Made by a program: the position numbers and the translations under genes. Below the pieces are notes generated by a model. That model saw only the letters and a list, made by a program, of their open reading frames with translations, did no database searches and was not told where the DNA came from. A stretch of 64,000 bases of DNA from Seison nebaliae (lineage: Eukaryota), in contig JALJEE010003034.1 of NCBI GenBank assembly GCA_023231475.1, positions 1 through 64,000 of the forward strand. Direction: 5' to 3'. Shown in pieces: positions 14,079 to 26,293 of the stretch (the first letter of the stretch is position 1; each line of letters starts with the position of its first letter).

Positions 14079-14090
14079 GTATCTAGCAAC
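14079..14090. promoter_or_regulatory. RFX X-box-like element
   Basis: GTATCTAGCAAC lies 70 nt upstream of the EFCAB10-like ATG. Confidence 0.5.
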
Positions 14091-15323
14091 TCTCAACGTT
14101 AACCATATCAACCGATGATTTTACCGTTATTCTATACAGGTAATTATTTCACTATTTTTTAAATTATTTTTTTTTTAATTTTTAGCTCGAAAGATTTTAT
14201 GGCAAATTTCCCCTGTAGCTCAATGAAAGATCGACGATTCAATATTCTTGTATTCCAACAGATATTCAACGTAGGAACTTGCTGGCATGAAAGAGCTATT
14301 ACATTAACTAAATTTTTATTCCAATATTTAGTTAACATACTATTTCTATCTAAATATTAAGTATTAAATCTAATGCTCTCCGGATATAAAGTGTTGAATG
14401 CACAATAAGTTTGATAGAGTTAACTAATATCATAATCAAAAATTATAATATTCATCGAAAATAGAAGTTATTTAAGTTAATTGAATTTTTTTTGGAGAAA
14501 GTTCCGGAATAAATTTTACAAAGTTTTTTATTTGAACTTTAAATATATAAAACGAGATAATGATAGAAATATATATAATTGAAACGAGATTAAATATTGA
14601 AGAGACAGTTGAACGTATTCAATGATGCTTGACAGTTAATATATTGATTGAAGTCGATCATTGGTATTATTTAATTCAAATACAATTTATTATTATTCTT
14701 AACAAATGAACGAATCGGTTACTATAAATAAGTATTGTTAATGTAGTTAAACATTAAATTTCCATTTACCATATACATATGTATATAAAAAATTATAAAT
14801 AAAAGTGAAGTATAAACAAAGGAGGAGTGAAGAGGCATATAAGTTGCAAATATTACATAGTAAAATGCATAAATCGAATGCTTCACATTTGAAAAGCAAC
14901 AATTATTCAGATGGCTTGAGTGGTATGAGAATGAGATGAGTTGAAAGGAATTATCATATTATGCATCTTTGACGCGTATCATGAAATGTTTCCTTGACCT
15001 GTTTCTTCAAAATTTGCATAAACATTCTCAAAAGAACCACGTAGCTATCTTTTCATTTTATCCACTTTTTCTACTTGTTTTAAAAACAAGTATAAAGTTC
15101 AATTTAAGTCTACGTTATAGTGTATGTGTTGAAGTCATAAGTATTTTTTGTCGAAGCTTACTCATATGCCATACAAGTTCTATGATAGATTCGATGTTGA
15201 TGACTATATTATGTAGAGAAATATGGTCGTCAACTCATATATAATTTAGAACTTCGATTATATTCTCCTATTTCATTCATTTAGAACAATAATTCATTTT
15301 TTATAGAAAGTATAGGGACAAAC

Positions 15324-16807
15324 ATGTTGTCAAAATTATTACGAAACACTTCTCTCTCACAATTTGCTTTACGTCGTACGTATGTGAACACGCAGGCAGA
15401 ACATAAAGGTCAAGTCATTGAGGATGTGGCAAAAGCTCAGACGTATGAGAAAGTTCTTTCTTTTACTTCCTAGAACGTCCTCTAATTATTCTAATATCAT
15501 TCTTTAGCAACATAAGGAACAATTGAAGAGAAATCAAACTGTTTCCGATTTCAGTGAATTAGTAAGAGATTTTTTGAATCCCAAAGACTTTTTCAACTCT
15601 TTGACTTCTCATGGAATCAACTTCTATACTGGTGTACCGGATTCTCTATTAAAAGGTTTGCATTAATTATTATTATTTGAATTGATGAAACTTTTATTTT
15701 TTGAAAAGATTTCTGTGCTTTTGTGACTGATAATGCTAAATCTCACATAATTGCGGTAAATGAAGGAGCCTCGATTGGATTAGGTATTGGCCATTATTTG
15801 AGTAGTGGAACTCCCGCATTAGTTTATATGCAGAACAGTGGATTGGGAAATGCTATTAATCCATTACTATCATTGGCATCACCTGATGTCTATTCAGTAC
15901 CATTATTATTATTGGTTGGATGGAGAGGAGAACCAGGTAAACGAGACGAACCACAACACAAACAACAAGGACAAGTAACTCCTGGATTATTGGCATCAAT
16001 GCATATTCCTTTTACTATTCTACCCGATTATAAAGAAGGTGCCGATCAAGCCATCGCTACAGCTTTCTCTCATATGAAATCGACAAATGGACCATATTGC
16101 TTCCTAGTCAAACGACAAACATTTTCACCTTATATTCTGAAAAATTCGAATAATGGAAAAAAGTTTAAATTCATTTTCCAATTAATTTCCTTCACAAACA
16201 AACATTTTCTAGATATGATATGACTCGAGAATCAGCACTTCAATCGATTATTGATTATTTAGGTAGACGAGATATTGTTGTTTGTACGACAGGTATGTTA
16301 TCGAGAGAATTATTCGAATATCGTCAACAACGTGATGAAGGACATGAGAAAGATTTTTTAACTGTCGGTGGAATGGGACATGCTTCAATGATCGCTTTAG
16401 GAATCGCTCGAGATAAACCAACTCGAAAGATCGTTTGTTTAGATGGAGATGGAGCATGTTTGATGCATATGGGAACACTGGCAACTATCGGAACGTCGAA
16501 AGCGAAAAATTTCAATCATATCATCATCAACAATGGAACTCATGATAGTGTGGGTGGTCAACCAACGGATGCCGGATTATCATCTGTTAATTTGAGCAAT
16601 GTCGCCAAATCGGTTGGTTATCGAAATGTTGTAAAAGTTTCAACAAAAGAAGAATTAATTGAAGCCACGAAGAAATTGAAGAGTTTAGAAGGACCGAATT
16701 TAATCGAAGTTCAAGTTTTAGGTGGACATCGAAAGAATTTGACAAGACCAAATCGTACTCCTGCTCAAAATAAACGTGATTTCATGCATTATGTAGCATT
16801 ATCATAA
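15324..16807 (+). CDS. aepY: Phosphonopyruvate decarboxylase (TPP-dependent), 4 exons
   Basis: FYTGVPDSLLKDF, VYMQNSGLGNAINPL, GWRGEPGKRDEPQH, DFLTVGGMGHAS, TPP motif DGDGACLMHMG..NNGTHDSVGGQ. Confidence 0.92.
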
Positions 16808-17182
16808 ATTAATATTTATTCTTTTGAAAAAAGAAGGAAAATTGAGAAAAAAAAATGAATCTCATTTATTCTCCAGAACTTAAGTAAATTAACTTTAAAG
16901 AACCGCACGTGATTTTCATTGATATTAATTTTTTGTTATTTACTTTCGTTCATTAACTCTCCTTTAATACTCATTTTCAATTGAGTTCATCTTCATTAAT
17001 CCGTAGAAAGATGATGCATGAAATATAATCATATTTTTTTTCATTCCATTTGCACTCCATCTACTCCATTGCTACTCTTTCCATCGAACAACTAAAAAAA
17101 TCTATCCATTCTCAGATTTGTCCATCTATCTTGCCGTCCATTTTTTATTGAATCATATTCGACAATTATTCATTGTCATTCA

Positions 17183-18924
17183 ATGGAATTTAATAAAATA
17201 TTTATGAAATTTTTCCTCTTTTCACTCTTCTATCTCACCGTTCATTCGAGTGAAGATATCGATTATAAAACTTATCTGCAAAAGTATGTGGATAAATATG
17301 ATCCGATGTTTGGATGGAAACATTTTGAAACAATCAAATTGGAAGATTATGATATTCATGTCATCAATATGACGTCACTTCAATGGATCGATGGTTTAAT
17401 TGAAATATTCTCGTTTAATCTCAATTTTCATTAGCTAGTTATAGTAATCGACATATCTGGTGGCATTTCGTCAACATTTTCGTTCCTCACAAACTTACGA
17501 GAAAAGAACATGTCTTCTACTTCCTCGACACGTATAAAAACACAGCAAAGTTCTTTAATCTTCATAAAAATTGAGAAAACTAAAATTTTTAAATTGAAAT
17601 AGAACTGTTGATCCTGCTAGTGATTTCGTAGCGTTAGTTGGCATGTTTGCCGTTGGATTAGAATGTATAGCTGTTGAAATCCAACAAATTCCGAATCAAC
17701 CAATAAAATATTCAGCTGATCCAAGTGGAAAATCGAGAGATGAAGACGACAATATTGGATGGGCATGGGCAGCTTTCCTTAACGATACGAAGACACCTGA
17801 AAAACTTATACATTTACCAGCTGTTAAAGCAGCCGTTCGTGGTATGGATACTACACAAAATTATTTAGAACAAACTTTTGGTTACAAACCGAATAAATTT
17901 TTCGTTGCTGGAGCATCAAAACGAGGATGGATGACTTGGTTAACGGCGGCAGTCGATGACCGAGTTTTCGCATTCTCCCCTATCGTTTTCGATCTATTAA
18001 ATATTACACATTCATTACATCATCATTATATGTCGATGAATGGAGGATGGACATTTGCTTTCGAACCGTATTGGTCTTGTAATATCATCAGTAATTTAGA
18101 TGATGAACGACAAGTTCGCATGGAGCAAATGGCCGACCCATTAAGTTCCATTTCGTTTCACTTCTTATTCTTTTTCTATCATTTAGGTTATCTGGATAAA
18201 TATGTCAATAAACCAAAATTCCTAATTACAACTGGGGGAGACGAATTCTTCATATTAGATGATCTTAAATTCTTCTGGAACTCTTTACCCGGAGACAAAT
18301 ATTTACGGTAATTATTAATTATTTTCATTTTTCATTTGAATCCTTTTCATTTTATTAGACGCATCCCAAATGCTGAACATACTTGTGTTGGTCATATCAT
18401 TAGTCTCTACTTCTCCCTAAGAACTTTCTTCCTCTCACTAGTCGAAGTTAAATTGCAATTTCGCGTTTTCGATTATATTTTTCTAGGAATTTCCCTTACC
18501 ACATCTTGATTGGAATGTGACGTATACGAGCAACGAAGCAACTATTGTGGCATGGATGGATCGAACACCTAATCAAGTGTCGATATATCATGCTCATACA
18601 TTAAACGATGGAAGGTTTCTAAATTATCCATTAATTTACTAATCGAAATAAATTATCAGACGAGATTTCCGTTTATTAGAATTGGGAAAGAAGGTCCATC
18701 CAGTAATTTGGTTGGAGAAACATGTTGAAATAAATAAACAAAATTTATATAAAGCAACATTGCCAATGCCACAAAAAGGATATGAAGCATTCTACTTTCA
18801 ATTCACTTTTGATTCACCTGATCCATCGGCTGATATCGAACTAACAACTCAAGCAGCTATCTTACCGAATTATTATCCACATGAAGATTGTCATGCTCTT
18901 GGATGTCAAGGACATTTAGTTTGA
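17183..18924 (+). CDS. Secreted PqaA/AprA-like alpha/beta-hydrolase family protein, 7 exons
   Basis: Signal peptide; NMTSLQW, WWH, QIPNQP, GASKRGWMTW, GDEFF, PNAEH motifs of the PhoPQ-activated pathogenicity-related family. Confidence 0.85.
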
Positions 18925-18975
18925 AAACAAACATTATTTTCTCTCTAAAACAAATTCTCTTCCTTTACATAAATA

Positions 18976-21159
18976 TTATAGAGAATCAATTTTTTTCAAT
19001 GACTTTCTTCTATTCGCTTTCGATTTATCATCTCCTTGCCAACTTTTTCTTCCATCGTTTCGTTTCAATGATTCGATGTATTTCCGTTGGGTTATCCTCA
19101 AGTATTGTAAATTTGATGTGGTCGTTCTCAATGTGAAATCGGGAATGAATAAACGATTCTTCTTTACCGAATTCTCTGAAGTTCGTTCGGTTTTTAAGTT
19201 GAAGATTTCTTCGCCAAAATATTGGAAAGGAGTTGCTAGAAATTTCAAATTATTCTTTCCAATTTCCACTTCAGCATGTCCTGCCAACAATAAGATGAAA
19301 TGACTGGCAATCTCTCCCTCCTTATATAATAATCGATGACCTGATTTAGGATAAGACGGAACAACTGCAGATTTGTTGATTCCTTTTTTACTTGTTGATG
19401 ATGCAACATGATGAACTTGATATACAAATTCAACAAATGAATTCTGAACAAGTAGAAATAGTTCAGGGTATGAGAATATCGTTTCAGAGAATGCTGGAAG
19501 TGTTTTATGTAGGAATAATGTACTGGCATGAGCTAAAGATCCCGGACACATCGGTTTATTTATATCATTCTCTTTGATGAATTGATTGAGTTTGAAAAGA
19601 TTTCTTCTCCTTTTCCAAATATGATCAGTCGCACTAACTTCGTCAGTGAATTTAGGGAGGTCAAATTCGTCAGCAATTTCTAAGTGAAATATAGTCTCAA
19701 TAATATCCTCCAACGTTATCATACCAACGACGATTTGTTGTTCGTTAATATTCTCCGTAACGAATGCCATATGATATCGTCCTGTACGGAAATCGTCTAA
19801 CATCTTATCTAATGTTTTATCTTTATCCGAAAAATTCATTTCATGTTGATAGAAATCCACATAATTCTCAATTGTCAAATTATCTTCCGGATCAATCAAC
19901 GCCAAATCTTTTACATTCAATAAAGCTACAACATTCTGCTTGAAATTTTTGTAGATTGGAATACGTGTATATCCCGAAATAATGATATCTGTGATTGTTG
20001 GGAAATTGAGGATTTGATTCCATTCGATCATATAAATATCTTGAATCCGACGCATCAATTTACCAATCGGAGTTTTCGTCAATAATAAAGCGCCTTCCAT
20101 TATATTATATTCCGTTTGCAGAATATCACCAATTCCGCGATCCTTATTATGAATGAGAATTGCTCGCAATTTATCACGAGAATAATCCGATCGAATTTCT
20201 TTCCCTAAAATCAGATCTAAAATTTTCGATATCGGAAATGAAACCGGAGACGTTATAATTAAGAATCCGTAAGTGAAAAATATCGTTTTCGCTCCAATCA
20301 TCAATCCGTGTCGAGAGCATATTGCTTGTGGAATAATTTCGCCGAATATAACAATGAAACTTGTTGAAATAATTACAGCTAATAAACCATCAGATAAATC
20401 GTCTAATAATATTGTGAGAACATTGTTGACGAGAACATTCCCAATTAGAATAGCGCAAAGAAGAAAATTGCCTCGTTTGCGCAAAGGTAAAATTTTCTTC
20501 GCATTTGCCATCTCACTAGGTGTTCCATATTCTGTTAAAATTTCCAATTCAGTTGGATCCAATGATAATAAACCCAAATTCAAACCGGAAAATAAACCGG
20601 ACAAGAATAATAAAACTATCAAAACTATAATTTGGGCTGGCAGAGGCATAAGATGTTTGTCCTTCTCATAAATTTCAATTTGTACCGCCTTTGCTGAACC
20701 TTGGTGAATCCAGAGATAATTGCTACTGTTAAATCGATCGGCATATTCTATACAGACATAATATCGCCCCGGTTCAGCCAAAATTAATGATGTGTAATGA
20801 AATCCATCTTCATCCTCATGCACAACATGCATCGGTTGCGATGCCGACGGTAAATCGCAGAAAGATCCTTTTGATAATTTTTTTGTGGTAAAATAAATAC
20901 CTGTTAATAAAGATAAATCCAATTGCATTCTCGCCGACTGGTCATCGGCAATCGTTTCCTCATAAACTAGTAAATAAATACTAATTATATGATCTTCGGG
21001 AAATTGCCAAACTCCTTCATCGAACCGAATATTGTTTGGCGGATTAACCTTCCCGTTATACGGATACATGTAACGTAACATTTCCAAGTTCTTCCCATTG
21101 GTCCGACATAATAGGAAGAAATTGAAGAAAATTACTAAAATAAAATTATGTACATTCAT
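18976..21159 (-). CDS. CNNM: CNNM/ACDP metal (Mg2+) transporter, intronless
   Basis: DUF21 (LSGLFSGLNLGLLSLD, LIGNVLVNN, FGEIIPQAICSRHGL), CBS pair (GYTRIPIY, ITLEDIIE) and CNBH domain. Confidence 0.93.
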   Translation of the reverse strand: MNVHNFILVIFFNFFLLCRTNGKNLEMLRYMYPYNGKVNPPNNIRFDEGVWQFPEDHIISIYLLVYEETIADDQSARMQLDLSLLTGIYFTTKKLSKGSFCDLPSASQPMHVVHEDEDGFHYTSLILAEPGRYYVCIEYADRFNSSNYLWIHQGSAKAVQIEIYEKDKHLMPLPAQIIVLIVLLFLSGLFSGLNLGLLSLDPTELEILTEYGTPSEMANAKKILPLRKRGNFLLCAILIGNVLVNNVLTILLDDLSDGLLAVIISTSFIVIFGEIIPQAICSRHGLMIGAKTIFFTYGFLIITSPVSFPISKILDLILGKEIRSDYSRDKLRAILIHNKDRGIGDILQTEYNIMEGALLLTKTPIGKLMRRIQDIYMIEWNQILNFPTITDIIISGYTRIPIYKNFKQNVVALLNVKDLALIDPEDNLTIENYVDFYQHEMNFSDKDKTLDKMLDDFRTGRYHMAFVTENINEQQIVVGMITLEDIIETIFHLEIADEFDLPKFTDEVSATDHIWKRRRNLFKLNQFIKENDINKPMCPGSLAHASTLFLHKTLPAFSETIFSYPELFLLVQNSFVEFVYQVHHVASSTSKKGINKSAVVPSYPKSGHRLLYKEGEIASHFILLLAGHAEVEIGKNNLKFLATPFQYFGEEIFNLKTERTSENSVKKNRLFIPDFTLRTTTSNLQYLRITQRKYIESLKRNDGRKSWQGDDKSKANRRKSLKKIDSL

Positions 21160-21417
21160 CAACTTTTTGCGCTTACTTTATTTAATTTGCATTTACACTG
21201 ATAACACCAAATTTACTTAACAATTTTTTCAAAATTCATTCTCTTCTTCTTTTATTGAGGTTATTATGGAAGATCATTTATTTTTTATCCATCATTCTCG
21301 CCAATTATCGAAACATATCAATAGTATTCGGATTAATTAGATTAACATAGAAATATTCTTATCTGATTTAATATTTATTCTATTATTTCTTTCTGATATG
21401 TTATTCTTATAATTAAT

Positions 21418-21500
21418 TACCCTGTTGGCATTTGAATGTCTTGAGAACGTTTTTTTGATGTATATAAACGTTCTCAAGACATTCAAATGCTTACAGGGTA
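21418..21500. repeat. Near-perfect 83-nt hairpin
   Basis: Perfect 25-bp arms 21428-21452 and 21466-21490, plus an 8-bp basal stem TACCCTGT/ACAGGGTA; 13-nt loop. Confidence 0.9.
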
Positions 21501-21809
21501 TATTTATGTAATATATTTGGAATGTGTTGGAAGTCACACCTTACTATTGTTAGATTAGCCATATAAATTTCGTATTATAAAGGATTAAAAACCATACTTC
21601 ATATGTGTTGTAGGTATATGTAATCTAATATTTTGTGTTAAATATATGACGATATAGTAAATGAATATTCTGTTAAACAATAATTTAATAGATTAATTAT
21701 CGATTTTTTTACTATTGATGTTATTATTGATTATTAGTTACGTTCAACAAATTTATAAAAAATCTCATAAAATGTATATACCAAACTCCAATATTTTTTT
21801 TTATACAAG

Positions 21810-21873
21810 ATTCAACATAACACAATATGATGATGAAAAAGAGAAAGAGAAGAAAGTTCCATCAGATCAGATG
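21810..21873 (+). repeat. 64-nt duplicate of Smad linker sequence 23419-23482
   Basis: Identical except 2 nt (FNITQYDDEKEKE[K/T]KVPSDQM). Confidence 0.9.
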
Positions 21874-22711
21874 TATAATTGTAGAAGATGTACATGTTTA
21901 GGATTCGAAAAAATGATATGTAGATATTAGTAATAATTCTTCCATCAATTTATCGAGCTCGGAATCTTTTTTCAAAGTAGGACAAGTTAAAGTTTAGAAT
22001 TTTCCGAGGGTTTCATTTCAACATCTCATTATTTAGAAATAATTTTTTAAAAATTTAGAAAGCAAATATTTGCAGAATTGGCGGCTGCCATACACTCTGA
22101 ACTCTATTACCTCATCAATATTGTAGACCTTGTAATTATTCTTTGACAACTAATGAATGACGCTTATTGTTCGGTGGGTTGCGGACGAAGGAAAAGTAAA
22201 ACATATAAATATGTTCATATGACGATTGCTATGGAAGGATTAAGAAGAAATATTTTAGAAGAATTTTATTTTTATCGTAAAAATAAAAAGATTTTTACAT
22301 TTTTTCGTCTGTATAAGTTTATTTTAAATGCTTTAACATAATACATTATGGTTAGTAGTAATGGTAGTCGATATCATTTTATTGAGATAGGTCGGAAGGG
22401 AAAATAAACATGAAGGAAATGAATAAAAGAAGGGAAGGAATGAATTATTGAATCTTGTGCTCAAATATGAGAAGAAGATCGGTTTAAAATGTTTAGCGTT
22501 CCTGCTAAATAAATTTTGGTGTCTGTTGAAATGATTCTTTTTTCAATAGTATATTTTCGTTCTTTATTCTTGAATGAATATTTTTATGTTTGTATTTCGA
22601 TTGTTATTGCTCGTACAAATCTCTCTCGTATACTTTTTACAAATAATTAAGGCGACTACATATTTTTTGTTTGTTTAAGATCGAATTTCTTCCAATAAGT
22701 TGGTTGAATTG

Positions 22712-25011
22712 ATGCAGAAACGTTTCTCGCTACCATTCAACGATTCATTATTAGTCAATCGAACCTCTTCGAAGTTAATGAATAGGAAGAATGTCAAGGC
22801 ATTTCTCAGTTTCCGCAAAACGTTGAATCGTTCGAATGAAAGTGATTATGCAACTCGCCAATTCGACGAAGCGGCTATCAAATCATTAATTAGGAAACTT
22901 TCCATCGAGTCCAACAATGATCTATTGACTGCTCTTCAAAAGAAGAGTATGTATACGAAGTGTGTCTGTATAAAAAGGTTAATTTCCTCACCATTTAGTT
23001 TTGTTTCTGATTTCGTATTTGCATAAAAACAAATAAATGATTTCTTCAGAAATATTGCCATTCCTCCTTTTGTTTATTTATTCTAATTGTCTTTCCGTAT
23101 AATCAACAAATTGTTGTGTATTCAGGACACAAGATGGTCGATTGCAAATTTGTACAAAGAAGACATGGCCACATTTATTGTACTCGAGAATATTTCGATG
23201 GCCGGACATGGGCAAACGTGAACAATTGTTAACAGAACCTACATGTCGATATTCGTTCAATTGTACCGCTGAGAAATTGCTCTGTATCAATCCATATCAT
23301 TATCAAAGAAAAACAGATTTATTCAGTTGGAATTTCTATTTGAATTATTCATTAAATTATCTCATTCTTTCTTAGAAGTGAGAATTGCTCTAACTAATTC
23401 AACTGATAGGAATCACTTATTCAACATAACACAATATGATGATGAAAAAGAGAAAGAGACAAAAGTTCCATCAGATCAGATGGAAATGTCAAAACATTTA
23501 AAAGAGATCACTTCCTCCAAATTTGACAATACTCATCTCTTTCAAAATGACAATGACAGTTTGATGAGAACACGCAACTCTCCCACCATCTTACCACCAA
23601 CAATCAGATTGGCAGATGTCAACATCTCCAACACTGACCATAATATGACGACAGATAATAGTTCGAATGAGAGATCGTTATCCAACAATCAACAATCAAC
23701 AACAACCACTGTTCCCGGTACAATGATGGAGACGTTCATGGATGATATTGATCAATCTGTTTTAGCCGAATTCAATATGATAAAACCAACGACAAATTTA
23801 TTCACGTCAAAAATAAAAAATATTTTTATTAAAGAAAAAAAAGTTTCCAGTTCCAGTTGGGACGACGAAGGAGAAGTATCGAATGACGTTGAATTTTCCT
23901 TACTATCGTCTTATGATACTCCATCAATTGGCGTAAATACGAATGATCCAAAATCTGGATGTATAAACAATGAAGATGTGACGATGGATGATATAATGAA
24001 AGAATCAGTTGACACGCCATCAACCATCTATAACGATGATAATGAGACAATGACATTAACGCCCAACAGTTTAGTGACATCACCTCAAGAATATTTCGAC
24101 GAACAGTTGACTGATCAAGCGATTGATCAAGTGTTTTATGATGGCAATCTATTCAGCAATGAGGAATATGCGAAATGGTTACAAGTTATCTGGTATGAAG
24201 AGGACGACAATCCATATCATTCGATTAATGCCGGTGCTCAATCTATTCACATTTGTTATGATCAAGTATCTCCGTCGTCAACGATCGACGAACAAATTAT
24301 TAATATTCAAAATTTACAAAAAAAAACAATACATCAATCATCTTTTGGCTCATCTGTTCGATCATCAGGTAAAATGAATAATCTCCAAATCAATACGAAC
24401 AGTTTATCTGTCCAAAAGAAATTCGGTTTCTCATTTTCTCATTAAATTCTCATTCGAATAATCTTTGTTGTCTAAATGAAAAATTAGGAGCTGGTATCCG
24501 ATTGTCTAAAGTTCATCAAGACATAATGGTGGAAGTGTTAAGTGATTATCCGGTTTTCATTCAAAGTGTAACAATGAACATATTCTATGACTTACAACCT
24601 TCCACCGTCTGTAAAGTAGAGAAAGGTTTTCCTTCATTTAACAGTTGATACGAGAAAGAAGAATTAATGTTATTAACTTGTCATTATAGGCGCTCAACAT
24701 AAATTGTTCGACATGGAAACATTCCGACGACTAGTACTTACTTGTCATAATTTGAATGATCTTTATGTTCTTCTCAAATTACTTTCTATTCGCGTTTCTC
24801 CCGTCAAAGGATGGGGAAGAGATTATCCGTTAAAAACCTTAATAAATTCTTTCATAAAATTATTATTTTCTCATTTATTTCTGACAGACGTCCAAGAATT
24901 CTTCAATGTCCATTCTGGTTCCAATTAACGATACAGGGCCCATTAAAATGGTATGATGGATTAATGAGAGAAATGCGTCCGATGGGCTCATCCATTCATT
25001 CGGAAACATAG
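22712..25011 (+). CDS. Divergent Smad (MH1 + long linker + MH2)
   Basis: KRTQDGRLQICTKKTWPHLLYSRIFRWPD, CINPYHY; MH2 SIRVSPVKGWGRDY..CPFWFQL..GPLKWYD; ends IHSET. Confidence 0.88.
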
Positions 25012-25422
25012 AGACCATTCGTAAATTATTAAAATGATTCCTTCAACTTTTGCATAGATACTTCACAAAACATTTTTGATAAGTTTAATTCTATTTTTAT
25101 GTACATTATTCTCTCCTTCACTTTGAGTATATCTCTAATAATTTTCTATATCTAATGTCTTATTCTTTTCGATACAGTTGTTTCCACACATTTTATACAT
25201 TCTTCTCCTTCCATACTTTTCTTCAAATTCTTCACGACTAATTTGTGACGGCAACAAAAATCTTATTCATTTTATTTACATTTCTCAAAGTTTATCTGAT
25301 GCCACAATCCGTTCCTCTGAATTTCGTTTTATTTTTGATAAATAAGAAAGTCAATAAATATTCTTTAAGAAATCTGCTTTGAATGAAGAAAGAGTTGAAT
25401 ATAAATGAGGCAAATATCAATT

Positions 25423-26293
25423 TCAACAACTTAAAATTCGTTTAACTGAAAAATCAGTGAAATTCTTTCGAACGACCAAATGAGAATTCGATGAATCGTG
25501 ATTACTTCGATTTAATGTTTGTAATAAGGTAAAATAATTGATTGACGTAGTTGGATCTTGTGTTGATGTGTTGTTGGAAATATGTCGATTCTTCTCCGAA
25601 TATGTTAATTGATGAACATTTTCATAATATTGTCTTAATAGAATGTCAATTGGTTGTTCATATTGTTGGAAGTGTTTTTCTTCCGATGCCAATAAAATTT
25701 CATCCTCCAACTCATTTTTTTCTTGAACATTATTCATCTTAAATCTTTTCATTTCATTTCCATGCCCATTCCTTTTGTCATCAAGTTTGAATCGTTTCTT
25801 TCTTCTTAAAAAACTTCCATTGTCAAACATTTCTCCACATCTATTGATTTGGAAAGAAAGAATATTATCAATTTATATATAAAAAAATATTCTATTTTTT
25901 TTTTCAATATTTATTTTTTCTTTTTTCGAAAAATCGTGAATCAAAAGAAAGTTTTCTTATGAGAACAAACAAAAACATTTAGCACTACATTTCTTTTTCA
26001 AAAGACGAATTATCTAACTTTGGATGTAAAGTCCATAAACTTCCCTTTCCTGGTTGATTTGGTTTTCGTTGGACTTTACGAAAGCAATCATTGAACGAAA
26101 GGTTGTGACGCAACGAATTTTGCCATTTTTGTTTGTTATTCCGGTAATAAGGGAACCGTTCCATTATATACGAGTAAATTTCATTCAGTGACAACATTTT
26201 ACTTTTGCTCTCCTGTATGGCCATGGCGGTAAGTGCAATATAAGAATAGGCTGGTTTTTCTGCACCATAACTACTTTTGCTAGGTCTGGGCAT
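25423..26293 (-). CDS. FoxB: Forkhead box B transcription factor, 2 exons (intron 26018-25841)
   Basis: [59 protein letters not shown]-terminal eh1 motif FSVKRIL. Confidence 0.93.

Noticed and set aside
15723..16807. Overlapping ORFs 15723-16223 and 16220-16807 as a bacterial alpha/beta-subunit operon
   Set aside because: A GTTTAA..CTAG intron joins them in frame into one protein
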